From NCBI GenBank assembly GCA_965140705.1, contig OZ223300.1:128001-192000 (forward strand): 64,000 nucleotides of DNA, written 5' to 3'. The translations under genes were made by a program, and so were the position numbers. The DNA comes from an uncultured Arcobacter sp. Lineage in GTDB: Bacteria > Campylobacterota > Campylobacteria > Campylobacterales > Arcobacteraceae. The notes below the pieces were generated by a model, which was not told where the DNA came from, ran no database searches, and saw only the letters and a program-made list of their open reading frames with translations. Of this stretch, positions 1-9,476 are shown piece by piece; positions within the stretch are counted from its first letter, which is position 1; every line of letters begins with the position of its first letter.

Positions 1-298
1 AGTTGAAAGAGATTTAACTGTATTTGAAGGTAGGGATTTAGTAGAAATATTAGATGAAATTGAAACATTAGCTAAAAAAGGTGCATATATTCAAAGATAT
101 AAAGGTCTTGGGGAAATGAACCCTGAGCAACTTTGGGAAACAACAATGACACCAGAAGCTAGAAGACTTCTAAGAGTAACTATTGATGATGCAGCAATTG
201 CATCAGATACTTTCACACTATTTATGGGTGATGAAGTAGAGCCAAGAAGAAACTACATCGAGGAACATGCCAAAGATGTAGAACACTTAGACGTATAA
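1..298 (+). CDS. gyrB: DNA gyrase subunit B, 3' end (partial)
   Basis: Frame open from window edge; [19 protein letters not shown]...[10 protein letters not shown] is the GyrB C-terminus. Confidence 0.95.
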   Translation, partial: VERDLTVFEGRDLVEILDEIETLAKKGAYIQRYKGLGEMNPEQLWETTMTPEARRLLRVTIDDAAIASDTFTLFMGDEVEPRRNYIEEHAKDVEHLDV

Positions 299-417
299 AA
301 GTTTATCTTTTATCCAATCTCTGCGTTGGAGGAGTAATTTTACTCCTCACGTACTTTTAGTACGCTCCTTCGCAAAATTATTCCCCCGCCTTGACCTTGA
401 AGAAAATATAAACTTTT
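297..417. repeat. Nested palindromic element (REP/RPE/MITE-like)
   Basis: Terminal IR AAAAGTTTA/TAAACTTTT; inner arms GCGTTGGAGGAGTAATTTT/AAAATTATTCCCCCGC; core CGTAC-TTTTA-GTACG; GC-richer than flanks. Confidence 0.65.
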
Positions 418-454
418 AAAAAATTAATAATAATTTATTTTTATAAGAAGAAAA

Positions 455-958
455 ATGAAAAAACTAAAATACCTTGAACACTATCCTAAAGATATAATCT
501 TACAAATACAAAAGCTAATAGATAATAAAAAGCTGGATAAGTATTTGTTAAATAAATATAAAACTTCCCATGAGTATAAAAATGATAAAGCCCTCTACTC
601 TTATGCTATGGATTTTAAAAATAGCTATTTGAAAAAGTCACTTCCTCTTAGTAAGGTGATTTATGATGGAAAGATAAATGTTATTAATGATGCTTTGGGT
701 TTACATACTATTATTTCTCGAGTTCAAGGTGGGAAGTTAAAAAGTAAAAATGAGATACGAATAGGAACTTTGTTTAAAAATGTTCCAGAAGAGTTCCTTA
801 GAATGATTGTAGTGCATGAATTAGCCCACTTAAAAGAAAAAGAACATGATAAGGCCTTTTATAGTTTATGTTGTTTTATGGAGCCTAATTATCACCAATT
901 TGAATTTGACCTAAGAGTTTATCTTACATATATGGATTTATATGGAAAACTTTATTAA
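455..958 (+). CDS. YgjP/M48-like zinc metallohydrolase
   Basis: VVHELAHLKEKEH HExxH motif. Confidence 0.8.
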   Translation: MKKLKYLEHYPKDIILQIQKLIDNKKLDKYLLNKYKTSHEYKNDKALYSYAMDFKNSYLKKSLPLSKVIYDGKINVINDALGLHTIISRVQGGKLKSKNEIRIGTLFKNVPEEFLRMIVVHELAHLKEKEHDKAFYSLCCFMEPNYHQFEFDLRVYLTYMDLYGKLY

Positions 959-1041
959 TATATAACAATCTGCAATAAAATCAATCCTAATAAAAAATTT
1001 ATCTTATACTTCCTCAAATATATCAAAGAGGACATTACAAA

Positions 1042-1434
1042 ATGAATATATGTGGAATAGAATTAAAAGCAAACCAAACAATCTTAGCAGTACAAATAGA
1101 TGGTGAATATAAAGATTTAAAAACAAAAAAGATTGTTTTAGAAGATGATGAGAAACAAGAATCAATAAGAAGTTATTGTAATGATTTATTAGTATTTTTA
1201 ACTGAAAACAATATTGAACAAGTCTATATTAAAAAAAGAGCAAAAAAAGGAAACTTTGCAGGTGGTGCAGTTACTTTTAAAATGGAGAGTTTAATTCAAT
1301 TAAATCCAAAATGTAAAGTTGATTTAGTATCAGCTCAAGCTATGGGAAGTTATGAGAGAAAAAATAGTATTGAATATCCAGAAACTTTAAATAAATATCA
1401 AGAACAAGCTTATTTGACAATTTTAACTTCTTAA
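1042..1434 (+). CDS. DUF3010-like protein (RNase H-like fold)
   Basis: ICGIELK N-terminus; KKGNFAGGAVTFKME motif. Confidence 0.65.
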   Translation: MNICGIELKANQTILAVQIDGEYKDLKTKKIVLEDDEKQESIRSYCNDLLVFLTENNIEQVYIKKRAKKGNFAGGAVTFKMESLIQLNPKCKVDLVSAQAMGSYERKNSIEYPETLNKYQEQAYLTILTS

Positions 1435-1462
1435 CTTTATTTTTGACTAAAGTCTATTTTAT

Positions 1463-2095
1463 TTAAAATAGACTAAGTAAAATTGCAAAACCTAATACAA
1501 AGAGAATCACTCCTGAGATCTTCTCTATTTTATTTGAGTACTTTTGTATTAGAACTCTATTATTTTTTGAATTGATTAAATATACTATAAAAATATCCCA
1601 AAATAAAACCGCAAAAAACATCCAAAATGCATAAATTATTTGAAAATTCAAGGGTATATTATGTGTGCTTGAAATAGAAAACATAGTGAAATAAAATATT
1701 GAATTTTTTGGATTTAATATTGCTGATAAAAATCCTTTTAGAAAGTTTTTTAATAGCTCTTTTGTTTTTTTGATATTTTTATCATTTCTAAATAACTCCC
1801 TTTGTTTTGAAAATATTAAGTGATAAGATAGGTATAATAAGTATAAAGCACCTATTAGTTTAATACTTATAAAAAGTATTTGATTATTTTGAATAAGTAA
1901 AATTCCAAAAAGAGCAAATAAAATATAAAGTCCATTTGCAAAAGCAATACCAAAAGCTGTAAGAATACCTGCTGTTTTTCCATTTTTTGAAGAGCTTGAA
2001 ACTAATATAAAAAAATCAGCACCAGGACTTAGAAGTGCAATAAAGTGTGCAAGCGCTAGGGGTATAAAACCTTGTATAAAAATATCTATATTCAT
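1463..2095 (-). CDS. LysE/RhtB family translocator
   Basis: LSPGADF and ILNPK motifs, hydrophobic; start moved to MNIDI behind an AGGA RBS. Confidence 0.85.
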   Translation of the reverse strand: MNIDIFIQGFIPLALAHFIALLSPGADFFILVSSSSKNGKTAGILTAFGIAFANGLYILFALFGILLIQNNQILFISIKLIGALYLLYLSYHLIFSKQRELFRNDKNIKKTKELLKNFLKGFLSAILNPKNSIFYFTMFSISSTHNIPLNFQIIYAFWMFFAVLFWDIFIVYLINSKNNRVLIQKYSNKIEKISGVILFVLGFAILLSLF

Positions 2096-2135
2096 AAACT
2101 TCCTTTTTAGAAGTCTATACAAATAAAAAATATTT

Positions 2136-2945
2136 TTATTGTACGAAGTTGTCCTGATACTCTTTTGGAGTTAAAGCTACTATTTTTAAAAAGTTTCTAT
2201 GCAAATGGCTTTGGTCATAAAAGCCAGACTCTAAAGCAGTCTCTATTATGCTTATGCCTTTTTTTAGTAGTACCTTCGCATATTCAATTTTTAGATTGAT
2301 AAAATATGAATATACAGATATTCCTAACTCCTTTTTAAAAAGTTTGATAATATAAAATGTAGAAAGATTGAACTTTTTTGATAGTTCATCTAAAGATATA
2401 TTTTCACTAATATTTTTATTTAAATATTCCATAATATCTTTTACTTTTGTTTTATAACTCTCTTTTGAAGCTATTTTAAAATCACAATGATTTAAGTATA
2501 AATTTGAAATAAATTCCAATAATAAAACCTCTTTTTCCAAATAGAGTTCAGAAGAAAAAATCACTTCACATAATTTAATAAAATCTTCATACTCTTTTTT
2601 ATTTTTAAGAAATTCTTTAGAAAAAGGAACAAAAGAGTTTAAAGCTGGATTTAACTCTTTTTGCATTTTAAAAAGCCATTGTTTTTTTATATAAAGCATA
2701 TAATAACTTGTCTCTTCATCAGTGATATTATTACAAGAGTGAATTACATTTGGATTTACTATTGCTAAGCTATTTTCTGCAATTATATATTTATTGTTTT
2801 TATTTGTATATTCTCTTTTTCCACTAACTAAAGCACCTATTGATAATTCATCGTGCAAGTGCTCTTTATAGTTTAATTTGGTCTTAGAGTATCTTAGTTC
2901 AATATAAGGAATTTTCTTATCTATAAAAAATTGGGTTTTGTTCAT
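2136..2945 (-). CDS. AraC family transcriptional regulator
   Basis: HLHDE cupin N-domain; GFYDQSHLHRNF C-terminal HTH; adjacent to the LysE gene. Confidence 0.9.
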   Translation of the reverse strand: MNKTQFFIDKKIPYIELRYSKTKLNYKEHLHDELSIGALVSGKREYTNKNNKYIIAENSLAIVNPNVIHSCNNITDEETSYYMLYIKKQWLFKMQKELNPALNSFVPFSKEFLKNKKEYEDFIKLCEVIFSSELYLEKEVLLLEFISNLYLNHCDFKIASKESYKTKVKDIMEYLNKNISENISLDELSKKFNLSTFYIIKLFKKELGISVYSYFINLKIEYAKVLLKKGISIIETALESGFYDQSHLHRNFLKIVALTPKEYQDNFVQ

Positions 2946-2951
2946 TTTAAA

Positions 2952-3899
2952 TTATTTTATCAATCCAATCTCTTTGAAATATTTTTTTGCACCACTATGT
3001 AAGGGAGCAGATAATCCTACTAAAAAAGATTTTTTTGTAATAGGACTAAGTGCTAGATGGGCTTTTTTAAATTCATTAAAGTTTTCCATAATCTGTTTTA
3101 CTAGGGTATAAACAGCTTTATCACTCATATCAGCACTTGCAACCAATACAGCTTTTACAGCAAAAGTTGGTATGTTTTTTGGGTTACCCCTATAAATTCC
3201 ACCTGGAATATCAGTTTTTGTGAAGTATGGATGCTCTTTAACAAATTTATCAACTTTTGCTCCTGTGATAGGTACAATTTTAGTATCTGTAGAGTTTGAA
3301 GCATCTTTTATATTAGCTGTTGGATGACCAACCATATAAAAGTATCCATCAATTTTATTATCTCTTAGGGCATCTGGCATTGCTGAAGACTTTAGATTTC
3401 CAACATATGATAAATCAGAGGTTTTTATATTTAAGGCTTTAAATAGAGCTAGTGCTGTAGCTTCATTACCTGAACCTACATTTCCTATATTTATTCTTTT
3501 ACCTTTTATATCCATAATGTTATTTATATTTGCATCTCTTCTTGTAACTAAAGTAAATGATTCTGGATAAATGGCAAGAACTGATCTTAGTTTAGGAAAT
3601 TTTTCACCTTTAAATTTTCCTATACCCTTTGATGCTTGGTAAACAATATCTGATTGAACAATTGCAAAATCCAATTCACCACTTTTTATTGCTTTTACAT
3701 TAAAAACAGAACCACCTGTTGATTCAATAGAACACCTAATATTTGTTTTTTCTTTTGCTTTATTTACAAATTTACAGATTTTTCCACCAGTTGGGTAATA
3801 TGTTCCCGTTACTCCACCTGTACCTATTGTAATAAATTGTGTAGCAAATAAGAAAGTGGGTAGAGAAGCTAAAAATATCAATAATATAAACTTTTTCAT
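2952..3899 (-). CDS. TAXI-family TRAP solute receptor
   Basis: Signal peptide MKKFILL; ITIGTGGVTGTYY, STGGSVFN, PLHSGAKKYFKE. Confidence 0.9.
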   Translation of the reverse strand: MKKFILLIFLASLPTFLFATQFITIGTGGVTGTYYPTGGKICKFVNKAKEKTNIRCSIESTGGSVFNVKAIKSGELDFAIVQSDIVYQASKGIGKFKGEKFPKLRSVLAIYPESFTLVTRRDANINNIMDIKGKRINIGNVGSGNEATALALFKALNIKTSDLSYVGNLKSSAMPDALRDNKIDGYFYMVGHPTANIKDASNSTDTKIVPITGAKVDKFVKEHPYFTKTDIPGGIYRGNPKNIPTFAVKAVLVASADMSDKAVYTLVKQIMENFNEFKKAHLALSPITKKSFLVGLSAPLHSGAKKYFKEIGLIK

Positions 3900-3967
3900 A
3901 ATGACTCTTCTGATTATTCTTTGTTTTTTATTATACACAGAAAAGCTACAAAATAGGTAAAAATGGT

Positions 3968-4816
3968 TTATTTATCTTTTTTATATATGGATATTAATAT
4001 TCCAAAAAGTATCAATATTGTAGAAATTATCAAAGTAGAAGTTATTTTTTCATTTAAAAATAGTACTCCTAAAAATATAGCAAGTGGAGGTATTAAAAGT
4101 TGTAAAACTCCAGAAGTTATAATTTTCATATTTGGAAGTAAGTAGTACCATAAAAGATAACCAATAGAAGAAGTTATTCCTCCTGATATAAATGCTAAAG
4201 TTATCCCATAGCTTGAAAGCTTTACATTATGGACAAAAAATGCAAAAAATATAATCGCGAAAAGAAGAGATTTTGTAAAGTTATCGGTTGTATTTAGTGT
4301 AGCATTTGATGATTTTTTTCCAAAGATTGTATAAAGCCCCCAAGCAACACCCGATATCATCATCAAAATAGAGTGATAAAGTGATACTTCAAAACCTTCA
4401 CTTGGATATAACAAATAAAATAATCCTATAAAAGCCAAACTTATTCCTAAAGCTTTTCTAATATCAATGCGTTCCTTTTTTATCAAGGCAGTGATTATTA
4501 TAGTAAGTTGTACCATCGCAAAAAGTATTAAAGCTCCAAGTCCTGCATCTAAATTTATGTAAGCATAGGAAAAACAAATGGCATATAAAAAAAGTAAAAA
4601 GGAAGTATGCCAGTTTTTATTTAGACTCAAATTTAGTTTTTTTTCTTTAAAAGATAAAATAATTACTAGCGTTAAAGCTCCAAAAAAAAGCCTAAAAAAT
4701 GTAAAAGAATATGGGTCAATTGAATTATTTATTAATGCAGCCCTTGCTAAAACCGAGCTTGTTGCAAAGAAAAACAGAGTAAGAGAAACAAGCAAAACAA
4801 GTTTTATATTCATCAT
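3968..4816 (-). CDS. DMT/EamA family transporter
   Basis: About 10 TM segments in two EamA-like halves. Confidence 0.85.
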   Translation of the reverse strand: MMNIKLVLLVSLTLFFFATSSVLARAALINNSIDPYSFTFFRLFFGALTLVIILSFKEKKLNLSLNKNWHTSFLLFLYAICFSYAYINLDAGLGALILFAMVQLTIIITALIKKERIDIRKALGISLAFIGLFYLLYPSEGFEVSLYHSILMMISGVAWGLYTIFGKKSSNATLNTTDNFTKSLLFAIIFFAFFVHNVKLSSYGITLAFISGGITSSIGYLLWYYLLPNMKIITSGVLQLLIPPLAIFLGVLFLNEKITSTLIISTILILFGILISIYKKDK

Positions 4817-4817
4817 T

Positions 4818-5840
4818 TTATTTAAACTCTGGATTATTTTTAAGAAATTCTTCTACTTTGTCTGTATGAGCGTAGATTTTCCCTGTTCTTCTCATATATG
4901 AGTTTACTATATGATAACCATGATTTAATGAAGCGGCAATTGACCCTCCTGTATTAAAAGCAATATCTCCTGCAACATATAAAAAAAGTATATTTGTCAT
5001 GTAGTGTTCATTGTAAATTGGTTTATTTTCACTATCTAGCTCTATTCCACAGTTTTTTAAAAAATCTACTGGACTAGTTCCTCCAATAGCATATATTATC
5101 CTATCAAACAAAGTAAAATAACCATCATCAAAATTAACTTTTATTTTACCCTTTTCATTTTCTAATGAAATAATATTTGTATTTAGTCTAAGTCTTAGTT
5201 TTTCTTGTCCATTATAGGTTCTTAAGATCTCTTCATTTTCTGGATTTAATCTTGTAAATTGTGCTTTTCTATAAACAAGTGTTACATTATTGTTTTCATC
5301 AGCTAATTCATAGGCATACTCAGCAGCACTATTTCCACCACCTACTACTAGTATTTTCTCCCCTTCACTACAGCCATCAAGGTTAAAATTTACTTTTGCT
5401 TTTATAGAGGGGGGAATTTTATATTCTGGTTTATTTGGTTTACCCATTTTACCAATTGCAACTACAACTGCTTTTGATTTGAAGCTTTGATTTCCTGTAC
5501 TAATTATAAATTCATCTTCGTTTTTTGTTATTGACTCAACTTCTGTATTAAATAAAGTATCAATTTTATCAAGGTCAAGAAGTTTGTCAAAAAAATCTAA
5601 GGTTGACTCTTTAGTTCCATCCATAAAAGGAATATTTCCTTCTATTTGGACACTTTTACCCTTCCAATCTTTATCAACTCTTTTATTTTCTTTATAGAAT
5701 TTTCTAATAGTACTTGAGTGATTATCAGCTTTATCTATAAGTATGATATTTTGGATACCATGAACTGCAGCTTCAAGTGCTGTAGCAATTCCCCCTGGTC
5801 CTCCACCAATAATAGCTATGTCATAATTATCTGTTTTCAT
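4818..5840 (-). CDS. FAD/NAD(P)H-dependent oxidoreductase (thioredoxin-reductase-like, no CxxC)
   Basis: IIGGGPGG, VVGGGNSA and YVAGD motifs. Confidence 0.8.
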   Translation of the reverse strand: MKTDNYDIAIIGGGPGGIATALEAAVHGIQNIILIDKADNHSSTIRKFYKENKRVDKDWKGKSVQIEGNIPFMDGTKESTLDFFDKLLDLDKIDTLFNTEVESITKNEDEFIISTGNQSFKSKAVVVAIGKMGKPNKPEYKIPPSIKAKVNFNLDGCSEGEKILVVGGGNSAAEYAYELADENNNVTLVYRKAQFTRLNPENEEILRTYNGQEKLRLRLNTNIISLENEKGKIKVNFDDGYFTLFDRIIYAIGGTSPVDFLKNCGIELDSENKPIYNEHYMTNILFLYVAGDIAFNTGGSIAASLNHGYHIVNSYMRRTGKIYAHTDKVEEFLKNNPEFK

Positions 5841-5978
5841 AATAAAGCTCCATAAAATAAGTTTTTCTAATAATATAATAGCATGAAATGATAGTAGTAT
5901 AACATTTGTAAGAATATTTTTGATAAAATCATGTACTTATATTATTTAAAGAAATTTTCAAATTAAAGGCAAGAAACA

Positions 5979-6356
5979 ATGAAATATGGTGAAAAAGAGA
6001 TAGTAGAATTTGATATTAACAAAGAAGAAAATTTTTGGCCAAACAAAAATGATAAAAATTATGTAATAAATATAGAATTACCAGAATTCATGGCAAAATG
6101 CCCAAGAAGTGGTTATCCTGATTTTGCAACAATATTTATACATTATACTCCAAATAAAAAAGTTATAGAACTAAAAGCTTTAAAATTATATATAAATTCA
6201 TTTATGTTTAGGGAAGTTTCCCATGAAAATGGAGCAAATGAAATTTTTGATACTTTAATGGAGAAATTGGAGCCAAAATGGTTAAAAGTTATTGCTGATT
6301 TCAAACCTCGTGGAAATGTTCATACGGTTATTGAAATAGACTCAAATAAACTATAA
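5979..6356 (+). CDS. queF: preQ0 (7-cyano-7-deazaguanine) reductase
   Basis: PEFMAKCPRSGYPDFA, ELKALKLY, SHE, FKPRGN. Confidence 0.92.
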   Translation: MKYGEKEIVEFDINKEENFWPNKNDKNYVINIELPEFMAKCPRSGYPDFATIFIHYTPNKKVIELKALKLYINSFMFREVSHENGANEIFDTLMEKLEPKWLKVIADFKPRGNVHTVIEIDSNKL

Positions 6357-6359
6357 GTT

Positions 6360-6968
6360 GTGACCTTGGAAAGATTAGTAACTACAGCACAAGCGGCAGA
6401 GATACTTGGTATATCTTTACAAGGAGTTCACTATAGAATAAAAAACAATCAACTAAAATCAATAAAACAATCTGGAAAAACCTATGTTTATCTTTGGGAT
6501 GATAATAGTAAAAAAGAGGGTTATTCAACTTCTCTTGAAGAAGTAGCTCAAAGAAAAGAAGAAGAAAATATCTATATCGAAAAAGTTATTGAATCAAAAG
6601 ATGAACAAATTCTTCTTTTAAAAAAGTCAGTAAAATGGTTGAGAAGACAGTACCAAGAAGAGATTGAAAGACTAGAAAAAAATCAAGATAAGATTATAAG
6701 CGTATTTGATTCAGAGATAAAACTTCTACAAAGTGCCTTTAATGAAATGCGTGCAATTTATAAACCAGAATTAAAACCTTTGAGTCCAAAGAAGAAGTTT
6801 ATATCCCTAATAGACTTTACAGCTTTAATGAAAACTTATAAAAAAACTGATAGAGAGATAAAAATTTTGATTTTAAAAGCTATTAAAAATGGGGATAAAA
6901 GATTTATTTATAATAAACAGACAAAAAAAGTTTTGATTTTAGATGAAGATTTTTCAGATTTTAAATAA
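6360..6968 (+). CDS. HTH DNA-binding protein with coiled coil
   Basis: TTAQAAEILGISLQGVHYRIK excisionase/MerR-like HTH followed by heptad-rich region. Confidence 0.7.
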   Translation: MTLERLVTTAQAAEILGISLQGVHYRIKNNQLKSIKQSGKTYVYLWDDNSKKEGYSTSLEEVAQRKEEENIYIEKVIESKDEQILLLKKSVKWLRRQYQEEIERLEKNQDKIISVFDSEIKLLQSAFNEMRAIYKPELKPLSPKKKFISLIDFTALMKTYKKTDREIKILILKAIKNGDKRFIYNKQTKKVLILDEDFSDFK

Positions 6969-7129
6969 AAGAAGAAGTGCTTAGCACTCCTCTCCAGATA
7001 CCTAAACACACCATAAAAGAAGGTGCCTTGCTATGTTCCCATCCTGGGGCGTTGTCTTCAGATATGATTGTAAAGGTCTAAAGAAGAGCATAAAAAGTAC
7101 CAAATACTCTTTGTGCTTCTCTTTAAGGG
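6967..7129 (-). ncRNA. ssrS: Probable 6S RNA
   Basis: GC-richer intergenic block; minus strand CGCCCCAGGATGGGAACATAGC...CACC...GGTGTG...GGTATCTGG resembles Campylobacterota 6S as recalled; TAAGAT -10 at 7135-7140; terminator GAGGAGTGC-TAA-GCACTTCTTC-TTTT; ends approximate. Confidence 0.7.
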
Positions 7130-7225
7130 AAGTAATCTTACCCTAATAAACTTAAAATTCTTATAAAGTAATAACTTGACTTTTAACTATAGAAGAGTAC
7201 AATTCTATCCTTATTTTAAAAAAAA

Positions 7226-8143
7226 GTGATAATTTTGACTAAAAATTTTAATCTCATAGGAATATTTTCCTTAATTTTTGCAATGTTTATTTGGGGTAGT
7301 TCTTTTGTTGCATTAAAAATAGCAATGCAAGATTTAGGGGAATTTACGGTTCTATTTTTTAGAATGTTCATAGCCTCTTTGTGTTTTGTTTATTTTATAA
7401 AAAGATTTTCAAAATATAGTTTTGAAAAAAGTGATATTAAATATATGATTATGTTATGTATTTTTGAACCCTCACTATATTTTGTCTTTGAAATTAAAGC
7501 TTTAACTTTTACTTCTGTGTCTCAAGCTGGAATGATTACTTCTTTGATGCCTATTATTACTGCAATGGGAGCTGGGTATTTTCTTAAAGAGCTAGTCTCT
7601 AGACAACTTTTATTTGGCTCTGTAATAGCAATGATTGGTGCTATTTGGTTAAGTGTACAAGGTAGTATAACTTTTAGTGCTCCAAATCCTATGCTTGGGA
7701 ATTTTTTAGAACTATGTGCTATGGTTTGTGGAGCAGCTTATACAATACTTGCTAGACATTTAATAGAAAAGTATCCTGCACTTTTTATAACTGCAATTCA
7801 AGCTTTTGCAGGGGCTATTTTCTTTTTTCCATTTTTTATTTATGAGTATATGACACGAGATATTGTTTTTACACAAAACTCTGTTTTATCTTTAGTTTAT
7901 TTAGGTGTTGTTGTTACTTTGGCTGGGTATGGTTTATATAATTATGCTTTGACAAAAGTAGAAGCTTCAAAGGCAGCAATGTATATAAATCTAATCCCTA
8001 TTTTTACAATGATTCTTGCCTTTATTATTTTAAAAGAAGAGTTAAGCATTGAAGAATTGATTGCTAGTGCAACGATTTTAAGTGGAGTTATAATCTCTCA
8101 AGTTTCTGTAAAAAGATTTAGAAGAAAAAGAAAAATAGCTTGA
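7226..8143 (+). CDS. DMT/EamA family transporter
   Basis: IWGSSF motif, about 10 TM. Confidence 0.85.
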   Translation: MIILTKNFNLIGIFSLIFAMFIWGSSFVALKIAMQDLGEFTVLFFRMFIASLCFVYFIKRFSKYSFEKSDIKYMIMLCIFEPSLYFVFEIKALTFTSVSQAGMITSLMPIITAMGAGYFLKELVSRQLLFGSVIAMIGAIWLSVQGSITFSAPNPMLGNFLELCAMVCGAAYTILARHLIEKYPALFITAIQAFAGAIFFFPFFIYEYMTRDIVFTQNSVLSLVYLGVVVTLAGYGLYNYALTKVEASKAAMYINLIPIFTMILAFIILKEELSIEELIASATILSGVIISQVSVKRFRRKRKIA

Positions 8144-8556
8144 TTTATTTAACTCTTTTTTTCTCAAGTTTTGTTTCTGCAACATTCTTTCCTATGGTAA
8201 GTGAAGCAGTTCTTGTCTATGATATTTTACAAGGGTATAATTTAGCTCTTTTACTTTTTGTAGCGACTTTAGGTAATAGTTTAGGCTCATGTGTAAATTA
8301 TTTTCTTGGACTAAAAGGTGAAGAGTATTTAGAAAATAAAAAGTACATTCCTAGAAAGAGTATAGATAGGGCAAAAAGTTTTTTTGATAAATATGGAGGC
8401 TGGTCCTTACTTCTGTCTTGGATGCCAATAATAGGTGATCCTATTACTTTAATAGCTGGTGTTTTAAAATATAAGTTTAGATATTTTTTTGCTTTAGTTG
8501 TAATTGCAAAATTTGTAAGATATGCAGTATTAGCATATCTTACTTTACTATATTAG
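8140..8556 (+). CDS. YqaA/DedA (VTT domain) membrane protein
   Basis: SATFFPMVSEA, ATLGNSLGS, SWMPIIGDP. Confidence 0.85.
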   Translation: MIYLTLFFSSFVSATFFPMVSEAVLVYDILQGYNLALLLFVATLGNSLGSCVNYFLGLKGEEYLENKKYIPRKSIDRAKSFFDKYGGWSLLLSWMPIIGDPITLIAGVLKYKFRYFFALVVIAKFVRYAVLAYLTLLY

Positions 8557-9323
8557 ATTATATTTATATTATAAGCTTTGAATTGTGCAAAAATAGTATC
8601 ATTTATCTTAATTTCAAGATTTTTATAACTAGAGTTTGTAATTTTTGCATCTATTAAATTTTTTTCTCCACATCGAATACTCAAAAAAGTATTGATTCCA
8701 TCATCATTAATCTTTTCAACTACTCCTTTTAAAGAGTTTCTGGCACTATTTGAATTTACATTTTTTGTAATTACTATTGTGCTTGTCTCAATTAAAAGTT
8801 TTACAGACTTATGAAGAGTTAGTTCTCTTTTTTCTAAAAACTCTGTGCTAACTATTGTTATTAGCTTTTGTTCTGAGGCTAAGGTAATCTCTATTTCACA
8901 AGTTTCATTTTTCGACAATATATTTGTAATTCTACCTTCAAGTTTTGAGAACACAGGTTTTTCATTTTTTAGATTTATAACAAGACCATCAAAAAGATTA
9001 CTCATATTTTTTAAATAAGTTTCGTGAAGATTCATTAACTCATCGTATGCACTTATAATCTCTTTTGCATAAGTGGTTATAACTGTACCTCCACCACCAA
9101 CACCACCAGTTACTTTTGTAACTAAAGGTTCTTGTGATAGTTTGTTCATAATATCTACACTATCCCATGCTGCTTTATAGCTCATCTTCATCTGTTTTGC
9201 AGCTTTTGAAATAGAGCCATAAATTTGGATATTCTTTAGAAGTTCTACTCTTCCTTTTCCAATAAAACCTTTTGTATCTTTATTTACCCAAAAATTACCA
9301 TCTATATTAAATTTATTTTCCAT
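8553..9323 (-). CDS. modE: Molybdate-responsive regulator ModE
   Basis: GSISKAAKQMKMSYKAAWD wHTH, GGVGGGG wing, TOBE domains (SARN). Confidence 0.9.
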   Translation of the reverse strand: MENKFNIDGNFWVNKDTKGFIGKGRVELLKNIQIYGSISKAAKQMKMSYKAAWDSVDIMNKLSQEPLVTKVTGGVGGGGTVITTYAKEIISAYDELMNLHETYLKNMSNLFDGLVINLKNEKPVFSKLEGRITNILSKNETCEIEITLASEQKLITIVSTEFLEKRELTLHKSVKLLIETSTIVITKNVNSNSARNSLKGVVEKINDDGINTFLSIRCGEKNLIDAKITNSSYKNLEIKINDTIFAQFKAYNINII

Positions 9324-9476
9324 AAATGAAATATAACCTAATGAGATATAATTGTCAACTCATTTGAGTAATCTCTATCTTTCAATAAGCTAAAAATAAT
9401 AAAAAATATACAGACTTTAATATTTTAATAGATAAAAAATAGATAAAATTGCTTATACTTCTATTTAAGGTTAATA

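Noticed and set aside
3963..4901. Plus-strand ORFs 3963-4145 and 4578-4901, and similar short antisense or overlapping ORFs throughout the track
   Set aside because: They shadow well-supported genes on the other strand or frame and have no RBS or motif.
6967..7129. SRP RNA, tmRNA or preQ1 riboswitch near queF
   Set aside because: No SRP domain IV GCAG/AGGAA signature or tRNA-like ends; it is downstream and antisense to queF; size and sequence fit 6S better.
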